A DNA stretch of 42,724 nt from an uncultured delta proteobacterium (GCA_963847445.1 CAWJZV010000005.1:1-42724), one strand, 5' to 3'; shown: positions 23,065-34,049, counted from the stretch's first letter. The notes: a model not told the origin generated them from the letters alone. Program-made: numbers and translations.

Positions 23065-24610
23065 ATGGCGAGCGACGGCCAAGATTATTTGCACCAGAGT
23101 CTCGGACAAGCGAAGAAGCCGCATGGCTGTATCGTGACGATTTTTGGCGCCTCCGGCGATCTGACCAAACGCAAGCTTATTCCGGCGCTGTATAATTTAG
23201 CGCTGGAAAAGAAGCTGCCGGAGCGCTTTGCCGTGGTCGGCTATGCGCGCAGCGAAATGACCCACGAAGCCTTTCGCGACAAAATGCGCGAAGCGGTGCA
23301 GAGAATTTTCCCGCACCGGACTTAAAGACCAAGCGGTCTGGGAACTTTTCGCCTCGACGCTCTACTACGTGCGCGGCGGCTACGACGAGGCCGACGGCTA
23401 TCACAGCTTGAAAGAATTTATCGACGGTTTCGATCGCAGCAGCCGGGTATTGCCGGGCCGGGTGTTTTATCTGGCGACGCCGCCGGATCTCTACGGTCCG
23501 GTGATCGAGCGCATCGCCGCGGCGGGATTGGCGCCCAAGGAAGTGGACGGCGAGGCGCGCACTCGGGTGATCATCGAAAAGCCCTTCGGCACCGACCTGC
23601 AAACGGCGCGGGAGCTGAATCACCGCGTGCACGACGTGCTCGATGAAAACCAGGTCTACCGCATCGACCACTATCTCGGCAAAGAGACCGTGCAAAACAT
23701 CATGGTGTTTCGCTTCGCCAACGCCGTCTTCGAGCCGATCTGGAACCGCCGCTATGTCGATCATGTGCAGATCACTGCGGCTGAGAACGTCGGCGTGGAG
23801 AACCGCGGCGGTTACTACGAAGAAGCGGGTGTCGTGCGCGATATGTTTCAGAATCATTTGCTCCAACTGCTCTGTCTCACCGCCATGGAGCCGCCGGTGG
23901 GATTCACCGCCGACGCCGTGCGTGACGAGAAGGGCAAGCTGCTAAAATCGGTGCGCGCGATTGCGCCGGAGGAAGTCGCCTTGGCAGCGGTGCGCGGGCA
24001 GTATGGTCCGGGTCTGCTCGGCGATGAGAAGGTACCGGGTTACCGGCAGGAGAGCGGGGTTCACAAGAACTCGGCGACGGTCACCTACGCCGCCCTCAAA
24101 TTATCCATTGACAACTGGCGTTGGGAAGGCGTGCCGTTCTATTTGCGTTCGGGCAAGCGCATGGCAAAGCGGGTCACCGAAGTGGCGATTCAGTTCAAGC
24201 GGCCGCCGCTGCTACTGTTCAAGTCCCATGCGCTGGACAACGTCAATCCCAATGTTTTGGTCATGCGCATTCAACCGGATGAAGGCGTGTCGCTGACGTT
24301 TGAAGTCAAGCCGCCCGGGTCGAACATGGTCGTCAGTCCACTGAGTTTGGACTTTAATTACGAGGAAGCTTTTGGCAGCGGTTCCCCCGAGGCCTACGAA
24401 ACGCTACTGGAAGATTGTATTGAGGGCGATTCAACACTTTTCACGCGCCATGATTGGGTCGAAGCGGCGTGGTCGTTGACCGACCCGATCATTCAAGTGT
24501 GGAATTTGAGTAAGCCGAAAACTTTCCCCAATTATGCGGCTGGCGGCTGGGGTCCGCCAGAGGCGGATGAGTTCATGCAACGCGACGGCCGGCGTTGGCG
24601 TAAACCGTGA
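23065..24610 (+). CDS. zwf: Glucose-6-phosphate dehydrogenase (frameshift near 23305)
   Basis: Motifs [41 protein letters not shown]. Confidence 0.95.
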
Positions 24611-24733
24611 AGAAGAGGGATTGGCCGCAAAGAGCACAGGGCGCAAAGCAAGAAAATTCGAAACGTGGATCATGGGCTAGGCGCGCAAAGGCTCCAAAGG
24701 CACGCAAAGGTCTACAAAATGAAGAGGTCACCT

Positions 24734-24935
24734 GGGTTCCGTCATACCCGCGAAAGCGGGCATCCAGGCCCATCATCCGCCTGGATACCGTTTTTCAACG
24801 GTATGACGGACCTGTCCGTCACCTGGATTTCCGCGTGCGCGGAAATGACGCGTCATGCAGACCGCCTATGGAGTGAGTTCCATCCAGTTTCATATTCTGT
24901 AACCGAGCGTACGATCATAGACACTTCGTGGTGAA
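24734..24935 (+). repeat. ~200-bp multi-hairpin repeat, copy B, between zwf and glk
   Basis: Inverted copy of 60-262, preceded by cgcaaag short repeats (about 24625-24710). Confidence 0.85.
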
Positions 24936-24943
24936 TTATAATC

Positions 24944-25947
24944 ATGGCACCAAGAAACCTCGTTCTCGCCGGCGATATTGGCGGCACCAAGACCAATCTC
25001 GCTTTGTTCTCGGTGCGTGGTGAGAAGCTGCATGCCGAATCTCTGCGCACCTTTCCCAGTAAACGCTATTCAGGTCTGGTGCCGGTGCTGCAAGAGTTTC
25101 TTGCCGGCGATGGCAGCTAAAATCGACGGCGGCTTGCTTCGGCATTGCCGGTCCGGTGGTCGACGGCAAAGTCAAAACCACCAATCTGCCTTGGATGCTC
25201 GATATTGAAGAGTTGCGCCGGGCGCTCAAGCTCGACTGCGTCACGCTGTTCAACGATCTCGAAGCCGGCGCCTACGGTATTTTCGCCTTGGAAAACGACG
25301 AGTTTTGCACGCTCAACGAAGGCACCATGCGGCAGTCGGGCAATAAAGCATTGATCGCCGCCGGCACGGGGCTGGGACAGGCGATCCTCTATGACGACGG
25401 CCACCACTTTCATCCGCTGGCATCCGAAGGCGGCCATGCCGACTTCGCGCCGCGCAATGAGCTCGAGATCGAACTGTTGCGCTACCTGATCGAGCGCTTC
25501 CACCATGTCAGTTATGAGCGGGTGGTTTCCGGCCCCGGTCTGTTCAACATCTATCGCTTCTTCAAAGAGTGCCGCGGTCTGGAAGAGCCGCAATGGTTGA
25601 CCGAGCGTTTTGCCGCTGCCGACGATCCCAGCCCGGTGGTTTCCAAGGCGGCGCTCGCCGGCGAGGCGGAGATTTGCGTCAAGACTTTGGAACTCTTCGT
25701 TTCCGTTTACGGCGCCGAGGCCGGCAATCTGGCGCTGCGCGCCAAGTCGGTGCGCGGTCTTTACATCGGCGGCGGCATCGCGCCGAAGATTCTTGCCAAG
25801 CTCAAAGACGGCGCCTTCATGCGCGCCTTTGCCGACAAAGGCCGTTACAGCGATCTGCTCGCCGCCATTCCCGTGCAAGTGGTTTTGAACGATCAAGCCG
25901 CGCTGCGCGGCGCCGCCTATTATGCCGCTTTCCTCGCCCGTGACTGA
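24944..25947 (+). CDS. glk: Glucokinase (frameshift near 25115)
   Basis: Motifs LAGDIGGTKT, GIAGPV, TNLPW, NDLEA, GTGLG, SEGGH, GGGIAP. Confidence 0.93.
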
Positions 25948-26681
25948 TCGGGAAATTATTATTTGCCGCGACGTCGACGACCTCAGCCGCAAGGCGGCGG
26001 AGCAATTCGTCGCCTTGGCGCGCCAGGCGATCGCCGCGCGCGGCCGGTTCGCCGTGGCCCTGTCCGGCGGCACGACACCCAAAGCGCTTTATTCCTTGTT
26101 AGCGACAGCGGAGTTCAGCGAACAGCTTGACTGGCGGCAGATTCATTTATTCTTCGGCGACGAGCGCTGCGTCGCGCCGGATCATGCCGAGAGCAATTAT
26201 CGAATGGTCGCGGAAGCGTTATTGGTCCCAGATCGCCATTCCCAGCGAAAATGTTCACCGCATGGCGGGTGAACTGGAACCGCTTGCCGCAGCGGTGGCC
26301 TATGAGAGGGAGCTACAACAATTTTTCTTGCAGTCAGAAACAAACTTGCCCCGCTTCGATCTGCTGCTCCTCGGTCTTGGCGAAGACGGCCACACGGCGT
26401 CGCTTTTTCCCGGCAGCTCGGCGTTGCACGAAACCAAGCGTCTAGTAGCGCCGATCTACGTCGAGAAACTCGCTGCGCACCGGCTGACGTTGACGTTGCC
26501 GGCGATCAACCACGCCGCGCAGATTAGTTTCTTAATCGCCGGCAAGAGTAAAGCGGCAATCGTAAAGGAGATTTTTGCGCCGGCACCGCCCGATTATCCG
26601 GCCGCGATAATCCAACCCGCGCGCGGCCAGGTTACCTGGTTCATCACTCAGGACGCCGCTGGAGATCTTGGCGACGGCTAA
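25940..26681 (+). CDS. pgl: 6-phosphogluconolactonase (frameshift near 26225)
   Basis: Motifs ALSGGTTP, GDERCV, SNY, LGLGEDGHTASLFP, RLTLTLP. Confidence 0.93.
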
Positions 26682-26902
26682 TCGTTTAATCTGCGAAAGT
26701 CGAACAGATTGATGGCGTTGCCTTCAACGTTTTCCAGCGCGAAGTCGGGGGCGGCTTGACTAACTTTAACGCGGTCGAATTCGCTGGCGCTGCCGCTGGT
26801 TGGATCTTTGGGTCCGAGCTAGCCGAAGAGTGGATTTACGGCAGTGACGCAGTGCGCGAATACGCCGGCAACCGAAGCCAGCCATGAGCTTGGTGTTTTC
26901 AA
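26678..26902 (-). pseudogene. Truncated secreted redoxin (AhpC/TSA-like) relic
   Basis: MKTPSSWLAS...LFG*LGPKD...DRVKVSQAAPDFALENVEGNAINLFDFR. Internal TAG; ends before the active site. Confidence 0.6.
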
Positions 26903-27004
26903 CTTTTCTTCTCCGATAGTCCGAATGACGATTGCAGCGATCACAGTTCGCTGGCGCTGCGCTGGTTGTATTTCAGGTACGAGCTAGCAGAAGTTCGGGA
27001 TTTA

Positions 27005-27943
27005 TTAAACAGCTGTGGCGCTGACCCCCGCCGCTTGAGCGCAGATCGGATCCAAACGCCGGAGATCGACAAGCCGCGCGGCTATTTGATCTTGTTCAAT
27101 CACATCCGATCCGAAAAGTTTCCTGAGCGATTCATTCAAGACGCGCCGGCTCGCCGGAACCGTCACATAGGGACGAAAGCGGCGCTGCGCCAAATAGCGA
27201 AACAGGCCGGGCGACACTCTCTTCAACCAACATATCAGCGCCAGCCAACGCGGCATGACAAGCTCGAAGCGATTGTGCTCGATCACCTTGAAGACGGCTT
27301 GGCTGACGTCGCTGCTGTCGACGAACAGCGACGGCGGCGATTGCGGCGCGCTGTTGTGAAAGTTGCGGCTGAAACCGGTGTGCACCGGTCCCGGACAGAC
27401 CAGCGACACTTTTACGCCGAGCGGGGTGAGCTCGTGATAGAGACTCTCCGACCAGCCGTTCATGGCGAACTTGGACGCACAGTAGGCGGCCATATTGAGC
27501 GTGCCGATATTGCCGGCGACGGAGGAGATGTTGACGATCTGGCCGTTGCCCTGGGCGATCATCGACGGCAGCAGTTCATGGGTGCAGTAGACTGCGCCGA
27601 AGTAGTTAACGCGCATGATCTCTTCAATAGTAGTCAAGTCGGTCTGGTGGAATGGTTTGCGCATGCCGATGCCGGCATTGTTGATCAAGATATCGACCCG
27701 GCCGTAGTCGGTGAGCACTCTTTCGATCATGCCATGGACTTGCTCCGGATCACCGACGTCGCAGCCTATCATCAACGACGTGGGACTGGTCTGGCGCACT
27801 TGCTTGAGCACTTCTTTCAACCTGGCGATGGACCGGCCGCAGCCGATGACCACGGCGCCGCGCTTGGCGAAATCGATGGCCAGCTGCTTGCCGATGCCGC
27901 TGGAGGCGCCGGTGATCAGGACGATTTGGTTGGTGAAATCCAT
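27005..27943 (-). CDS. Short-chain dehydrogenase/reductase (C-terminal tail uncertain)
   Basis: Motifs TGASSGIG, NNAG, ISS, YCASK. Confidence 0.9.
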   Translation of the reverse strand: MDFTNQIVLITGASSGIGKQLAIDFAKRGAVVIGCGRSIARLKEVLKQVRQTSPTSLMIGCDVGDPEQVHGMIERVLTDYGRVDILINNAGIGMRKPFHQTDLTTIEEIMRVNYFGAVYCTHELLPSMIAQGNGQIVNISSVAGNIGTLNMAAYCASKFAMNGWSESLYHELTPLGVKVSLVCPGPVHTGFSRNFHNSAPQSPPSLFVDSSDVSQAVFKVIEHNRFELVMPRWLALICWLKRVSPGLFRYLAQRRFRPYVTVPASRRVLNESLRKLFGSDVIEQDQIAARLVDLRRLDPICAQAAGVSATAV

Positions 27944-27961
27944 CGGCAATGAAGAGTCGTT

Positions 27962-28118
27962 AACGGGTTGCTGGAATAAACTCTTAGCGTCCTTGGACGG
28001 CTCTCAGGACGAACCGAAACAAACCTGCAATGCTGGGAATTGTTCCGTTCATGCTGAGCCCTTCGACACGGCTCAGGACCAGCTTGTCGAACCATTTTCT
28101 CGCTTTCGCAGCAGCGTC
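27962..28118. repeat. REP-like element (ccttcgaca..gctcagg / cttgtcgaa type)
   Basis: Degenerate palindromic motifs tccttggacggctctcaggacgaac and tccgttcatgctgagcccttcgacacggctcagg. Confidence 0.5.
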
Positions 28119-28255
28119 AATATAGCCTTGGCCAGCGTCGTAGCGGCATGCAGGCATCGAGGCCTTGCCGACGCTCCTGTGTGCACTAACTGCATTTTTG
28201 CCCTGTTCCTATCGAGCCGAGCTTTCCGGACTCCACTGCGAATGCTATCTTAAGA

Positions 28256-28543
28256 ATGAAACCGCGTCGCTCCCAGCGAGTCAAGATGAGCTTGCGAAAA
28301 AATTGCATTCCCACCCGCCGCGTGGTCACCACCGGCGTCGCCGCGCTGGCTCTCAACGCTATCGGCGCTAGCGCCTATGTTGCCGCGCAGATCTCGCTGT
28401 TTGGCGCCGAGCCGCGGTCGCTGCGCTGGCCGTTAATCCTGGCTGCGTGGCGCGCGCCTTTTCATCAAGCCGGCATCGGCAAATTTCATGTCATGCCGTT
28501 ACTGCCGTTGCGCATGGGCGCGTGGATCGGGGTCGTGGGCTGA
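28256..28543 (+). pseudogene. Possible internally deleted methyltransferase relic
   Basis: Stop overlaps the next ATG. Ends weakly recall methyltransferases found before such FAD oxidoreductases. No SAM motif. Confidence 0.25.
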
Positions 28544-29706
28544 TGCAGAATGATTTTGACGTTATCATCGTCGGCGCCGGCCCGGCTGGCGCGGCTTCGG
28601 CCATTTCGCTGGCGCGGCGCGGATACGCGGTCGCGCTGATCGACAAAGAAGAGTTCCCGCGCGACAAACTCTGCGGCGATTTTCTCAATCCAAGCAACTG
28701 GCCGATGCTCGCGCAGCTTGGCGTGACCCGCGATCTATTCATGCAGGATCATGAAATCGTCACGGCGTTTCGCATCACTGCCGTCTCGGGCGCGGCGGCC
28801 GAAACGGCGCTGCCGACGATTGACGGGACGCCGGTTTACGGCCTTGGGCTCAGGCGCTTTTTCTTCGATGAAATTCTTCTGCGAAAAGCGCGGCAGGAAG
28901 GCGCGACGGCCCTGCTCGGCTGCCGAGTCAAAGCGTTACATCGCCTGGCGAATGGCTGGCGGGTTAGCTACGGCCGTGGCGAGTCCGTCGAGGAACTCAA
29001 TGCGCGGGTATTGATCGGTGCCGATGGCCGTAACTCTTGGGTGGCGCACCATCTCGGGATGGCCAGGCCGGCGACGCACGGCGGCGGGCGTATCGGCTTT
29101 CAACTGCGGCTCAACTATTCGCCAGGTCTGCAGGGCCGAATTGAAATCCATCTTTTCCCCGGCGGCTACGCCGGGTTGTTGGGTCTTGGCGATGGCACGA
29201 TCAACCTTTGCTTGGCGGTCGATGGCGGGCGCCTTGGCGAGCGCGTTGGTATCGAGGCATTGCTGCAATCGCACCTGCCGCGGAATCCCTATCTGCGCGA
29301 GATCCTGCGCGCGAGCGAGCCGGTGGAGGCGGCGCGCTCGACCTACCCGGTCTATTTTCCGCGGCGCCGCTCGGTTGACGCCGGCCTCGTGCTGATCGGC
29401 GATGCCGCGCGAGTTAACGAACCGGTTAGCGGCGAAGGGATCTTTTTCGCCATGCGCAGCGGTGCCATCGCCGCCGAAACCGTTGACCAGGCATTTCGCC
29501 GGGGGGATTTTTCCGCCCGATCGTTGTTTCACTATGAGCGGCGCTGCCGTGGGGAATTTCGCCGGCGCCGCGCCTTGAATGGCGCGATTCGCTTCCTGAT
29601 GTATCGTCCGGCACTACTGGCGCCCTTCATCCATCTGTCCGAGAAAAAGAAGCGCTTGCTCGAATCCTTGGTCCACGCCATCTGCCGGCCGGAGACCGCC
29701 GCCTGA
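28543..29706 (+). CDS. FAD-dependent oxidoreductase (geranylgeranyl-reductase-like)
   Basis: Motifs IVGAGPAG, FPRDKLCG, GADGRNS, IGDAA..EPVSGEGI. Confidence 0.88.
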   Translation: MQNDFDVIIVGAGPAGAASAISLARRGYAVALIDKEEFPRDKLCGDFLNPSNWPMLAQLGVTRDLFMQDHEIVTAFRITAVSGAAAETALPTIDGTPVYGLGLRRFFFDEILLRKARQEGATALLGCRVKALHRLANGWRVSYGRGESVEELNARVLIGADGRNSWVAHHLGMARPATHGGGRIGFQLRLNYSPGLQGRIEIHLFPGGYAGLLGLGDGTINLCLAVDGGRLGERVGIEALLQSHLPRNPYLREILRASEPVEAARSTYPVYFPRRRSVDAGLVLIGDAARVNEPVSGEGIFFAMRSGAIAAETVDQAFRRGDFSARSLFHYERRCRGEFRRRRALNGAIRFLMYRPALLAPFIHLSEKKKRLLESLVHAICRPETAA

Positions 29707-29798
29707 TTCTCCACCTGTGGCTTGCCGTCGCTGTCGCGCTTGGTTATGGTCACAGCACCGATGCGGTTCCGGTTGCCAATGATGAAGGATACTTGAGC

Positions 29799-31483
29799 AT
29801 GGCCCCAGAGTTCAGCTCCGACGAACAATCACGGCTCGCGCCATTTTTTACCAATCTCGACCGCGACACCTTTGGGCTTAAACTGCCGCAGGAAGTGGCC
29901 GGCGCGCTGTTCTCCCGCTACAGCCGCTCGGCCAAAGATTTGCGCCGGACTTTCCTCGACGAGTTTCTCGGCGACCCGGAGCTGGCGTTGAAGGAACTGC
30001 TCGGCGGCCAGGTTGCCACCGGCGATGACAGCGCGGCGGTGAAAAAAGCCCGGGCGTTCTTCGAGCGGGTGTTGGTCGGTTACGGCGACGATTCCGTCGC
30101 CCAGTTGGGCGGCGCGCATATCGCCTGTGAAAACATTTCCAACGTGGCGGCGAAATTATTGGAAGACGCGCGCATCGGCATCGCGCCGCTGGAAAAGTCG
30201 ACGCGCTATGTGCGCTTCGATCAGAAGGACGCCGCCGGCAATTATCTTTTTTACCGCGAGCCGAAGATCATGGCGTCGCGCCACCGCGACGCTTATCTGA
30301 CAACGATGAATCTGCTGTTCGAAACCTATTCAAAACAGATGGAGCCGATGCTCGATCACGTCGCCAAATCGCTTCCGATCGACCAGCTCGAAGTCCGTGA
30401 CCCGGTGTCGGGCAAGGGTTTGAGTTACGGCGAAGCGGCGAAAGATCAACGGTTAAAGCGCTGGGCCGAGACCGCCTACCGCGCCACGGTGCGGGCGCAG
30501 GCCTGCGACGTGCTGCGCAGTTATCTGCCGGCGGCGACGCTGACCAACGTCGGCATGTTCGGCGCCGGCCAGGCGTTCGAGTATCTGGTCAGCAAATTTT
30601 ACTCGCACGACTTGAGCGAGGCGCAAGCGCTCGGCGCGGCGATTCACGGCGAGCTCAATCAACTGATTCCCTCGTTCGTCAAACGGGCGCAGCGCAATGA
30701 CTATCTGGTCGCGACGACCGACGGCGGCGAAAGCGATGGCGGTTGCCGCGACAGGCTTTAGGTTCTAACCCGACTCGCCGCGCAACCGAGCCGGTGACGC
30801 TGGTCGATTACGACATTGAGGCGGAGGAAAAGATAGTTGCGGCGATTCTATACGCTCAGGCGCGCCAACCGCTGAAGCAGTTGCGCGAGATGGCCGCGGC
30901 GAATGGGCCAAGCAGATGCGCCAGCAAATTCTCCAAGAGTATTTTTCCAAGCGGCGCCACCGCCGCGACAAGCTCAGCCGCGCGTTCGAAAACGTCTATT
31001 ACACCTTCGACATACTCGGTAATTTAGGTCTCTACCGCGATTTGCATCGCCACCGGATTCTCACCCAGGAGCGCCAGGACTTCACCACGGTGCACGGTTA
31101 CGACACGCCGCCGGAGATCGACGAGGGCAGCTTCAAGAGCGAGTTCGATAATTGCATGAAACGCGCGGCGGAGTTGTACGAGCAGATTTATGCCGATCTG
31201 CCGGGTGAAGCGCAGTACGTCGTGCCGTTCGCCTACAAGATCCGCTGGTACATGAAGATGAACCTGCGCGAAGCGGTGCACATGTGCGAGCTGCGCACCA
31301 TGCCCCAGGGCCATCCCGACTATCGCTTCATCTGCCAGGAAATGTGGCGCAAGATTCAATCGGTCCATCCGGCGCTGGCCGAGTCGGGGAAGTTTATGGA
31401 CTGGCAGAAGTATCGGTTGGGACAGATTGCAGTCGGAGATGCGGACGGAGTTTAAGAAGTCGGGAATGAAAGGCGGCGAATAG
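29799..31483 (+). CDS. thyX: FAD-dependent thymidylate synthase, long two-domain ThyX (frameshifts near 30720, 30900, 31422)
   Basis: Motifs FSRYSRS, GYGDDSVAQL, LEKSTRY, RDLHRHR, ELRT.PQGHPDYR. Confidence 0.88.
31331..31376 (+). repeat. Direct repeat, copy within thyX 3' region
   Basis: 41/46 identical to 34704-34749; 33-nt core with 1 mismatch. Confidence 0.85.
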
Positions 31484-31510
31484 GCTACTCGGTTCACCTG
31501 CGCAAAGATT

Positions 31511-32662
31511 ATGAAACGGCCCGTCGATTATTCTTCCAGTACGATCGCGCCACTTTACACTGTTCTGGTTCGGGATATCGGTGGTTTGCTTGCTGTCGCG
31601 CGCCGCTCTTCTGCACGGGCAGTGAACGCGCTGATGACGGCCACATATTGGGAGATCGGCAGGCGCATCGTTCAGTTTGAGCAACTGGGCGAAGTCCGCG
31701 CCGGCTACGGGCAAGAGTTGCTGAAACGCCTCTCCAGTGATTTGACCGCTCGGCTGGGACGTGGATTTTCCGAGCGAAATCTGGAGCAGATGCGGCTCTT
31801 CTATCGCGGCTGGCCAATTCCGCAGACACTGTCTGCGAAATCCGGATTACAGAGTTCGCAGACGTTGTCTGCGGAATCTGCTGTCTTGCCAGACTCACAG
31901 CCGGCGGCGTGGAAGGCGCGCCTAGATGCGGTGGCATCCGTCTTTCCGCTTCCTTGGTCTCATTATGTACGCTTGCTGTCTTTAAGTAATCGCGCGGCTC
32001 GCAATTTCTATGAAGTGGAAGCGCTTCGAGGTGGCTGGAGTGTACGCCAGCTCGACCGCCAAATCTCATCGCAATTCTACGAACGTACGGCGTTGTCGAA
32101 GAACAAAGCAGCAATGCTCATGAAAGGTGCGAAACCTCTTGCTGATGACAAGGTCAGTCCAGATGATGAAATCAGGGACCCATACTTTCTTGAGTTCCTG
32201 GGGATTAAGGATGAATACTCGGAAAGCGACCTTGAAGAAGCTCTAGTCCATCACCTTGAGCATTTCTTACTTGAACTAGGCGACGGCTTCACATTTGTCG
32301 GAAGACAAAAGCGCTTGCGCATAGGTAACGAGTGGTACCGCGTAGACCTGGTCTTTTTCCACAGACGATTGCGTTGTCTCGTTATCATTGATCTTAAAGT
32401 CGGAAAATTTACTCATGCTGATGCTGGCCAGATGCACGTTTACTTGAATTACGCCCGCGAGCATTGGACCTGGCCGGAAGAAAATCCGCCTGTTGGGTTA
32501 ATTCTTTGTGCGCAAAAAGACGATGCGCTAGCAAAATATGCTTTGGAAGGTCTGCAAAACAGAGTGCTCGCGCGCGAATATAAACTAGCACTGCCCAATG
32601 AAAAAACCCTTGAGCGAGAGCTTGAAATGACCCGGAAACGTCTCGAGAGCCGTCCCAAGTGA
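31511..32662 (+). CDS. DUF1016/YhcG family PD-(D/E)XK nuclease
   Basis: Motifs YWEIGRRIV, GRGFSERNL, LPWSHY, DPYFLEFL, VDLVFFHRRLRCLVIIDLK, GQMHVYL. Confidence 0.92.
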   Translation: MKRPVDYSSSTIAPLYTVLVRDIGGLLAVARRSSARAVNALMTATYWEIGRRIVQFEQLGEVRAGYGQELLKRLSSDLTARLGRGFSERNLEQMRLFYRGWPIPQTLSAKSGLQSSQTLSAESAVLPDSQPAAWKARLDAVASVFPLPWSHYVRLLSLSNRAARNFYEVEALRGGWSVRQLDRQISSQFYERTALSKNKAAMLMKGAKPLADDKVSPDDEIRDPYFLEFLGIKDEYSESDLEEALVHHLEHFLLELGDGFTFVGRQKRLRIGNEWYRVDLVFFHRRLRCLVIIDLKVGKFTHADAGQMHVYLNYAREHWTWPEENPPVGLILCAQKDDALAKYALEGLQNRVLAREYKLALPNEKTLERELEMTRKRLESRPK

Positions 32663-32802
32663 GCTCGAAATGATCATAAATCGCCATGCTCCGATGCAAA
32701 CCAACGATTGAGCCCAAGGGGCTATTGCGGCAATTTGTCGATGTCTAGCGTCGACCGCGACAAGTAAATTCGCGCTGAACCCAATATTCTGAGGAGGACG
32801 CC

Positions 32803-33978
32803 ATGAAGTCACAAAATATAATTTTTGTGCACGGCCTTTTTGGTTGGGGACCCAATGAGCTAAACGGTTTGCCGTATTGGGGATATGCATTGGAAGTCGC
32901 TCCTCAACAGTTTGCGGTCCACGAAACGTACTGCGGGCCGGTGAGTTCATTTCACGATCGCGCCTGCGAAGTTGCCGGGCAAATTAGCGGATCTCGAATC
33001 GATTACGGCGAGCGGCATAGCAATGATTCTAAGCACAGTCGATTTTCCGATGATTTTTCTAACAAGGCACTTGTCCAAAATTGGTCGGAAGATAATCCAG
33101 TTATTCTGATTGGCCATAGCGCTGGTGCCCATACATGCTTGCGGCTGCAGAAGCTCCTGGCCGACGACTATTGGGGCTGGGGGTCCAATGCTAACTGGGT
33201 AGAAGCAGTGGTGTGTATATCGGGGGTGCTCAACGGCAGTATGCTGCCGTACATGCTTGGTTGCGATAAAACGTCCGGCAGACTGACGGGGCCAATTGGG
33301 GAATTTATCGGCAAGGGCCTGCAAATCTTCGCGAGGGCGACGGGCGGCGATATGACCAACATTTTTGATTTCGATCTCGACCAATGGGTCGGCAATGGCC
33401 ATGCCGGAGACTTGGCTGGTCTATGCGATGCCTTAGAGAAAAGTGAATTTGCCAAAGGCGAAGATAATCTTGGCTTTGATCTGTCGTTGCAGGGAGGGTT
33501 GAAGGCGAACCAAACTGTGAGGACAGAACCTGGCACCTACTATCTATCGATCGTCACGGAGCAGACCGAGAAAGGCTGGTTTACGCCACATCATTTGCCG
33601 GATCTGTTGATGAATCCGGTCCTTGCCGCTGGCGCCGCTTTTCAAGGCATACAGGTAAACTTCGATACTGCACCGATACCGGGTTGGGGCTCCGGCGATC
33701 TGCATATCGATCGCTGGCGCGAAAACGACGGCGCGGTGAGTTCAATATCGCAGCGATATCCGTTTACCGGCGGCTCGCATCTGGTTGGCGGCGAGGGGAT
33801 TTTCCGTAGAGACAGGATCTATCGAGGGAGATGGTATTTTGAGAAAGCCGAACAGAGTACGGGTCGGAGTTTCGATCACCTGGACGTTGGCATCGGTTGC
33901 CTCAGCGATCCCTCGATAATCGACGCGCACAAGACACTCTACAAAAACATTTATTCGCTCCTGTCCCGGCTGTCATAA
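32803..33978 (+). CDS. Lipase-like alpha/beta hydrolase
   Basis: Motifs FVHGLFGWG, GPVSSFHDRA, GHSAG, WRENDG, DHLD. Confidence 0.85.
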   Translation: MKSQNIIFVHGLFGWGPNELNGLPYWGYALEVAPQQFAVHETYCGPVSSFHDRACEVAGQISGSRIDYGERHSNDSKHSRFSDDFSNKALVQNWSEDNPVILIGHSAGAHTCLRLQKLLADDYWGWGSNANWVEAVVCISGVLNGSMLPYMLGCDKTSGRLTGPIGEFIGKGLQIFARATGGDMTNIFDFDLDQWVGNGHAGDLAGLCDALEKSEFAKGEDNLGFDLSLQGGLKANQTVRTEPGTYYLSIVTEQTEKGWFTPHHLPDLLMNPVLAAGAAFQGIQVNFDTAPIPGWGSGDLHIDRWRENDGAVSSISQRYPFTGGSHLVGGEGIFRRDRIYRGRWYFEKAEQSTGRSFDHLDVGIGCLSDPSIIDAHKTLYKNIYSLLSRLS

Positions 33979-34018
33979 ACGCGGTTTAACCGGTTAGGAG
34001 TGTGCATTCCAGCCTTGC

Positions 34019-34049
34019 TAAGTCTTTTTTGCATGGTAAAAAAGACTTA
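34019..34049. promoter_or_regulatory. Perfect 12-bp inverted repeat (putative operator) over a likely leaderless promoter
   Basis: taagtctttttt-gcatggt-aaaaaagactta, abutting ATG 34049. Confidence 0.55.

Noticed and set aside
26966-27952. Long antisense ORFs (also 404..1066, 4263..5084, 8399..9211, 25117..26082)
   Set aside because: Shadow frames of well-supported genes, as expected in GC-rich DNA.
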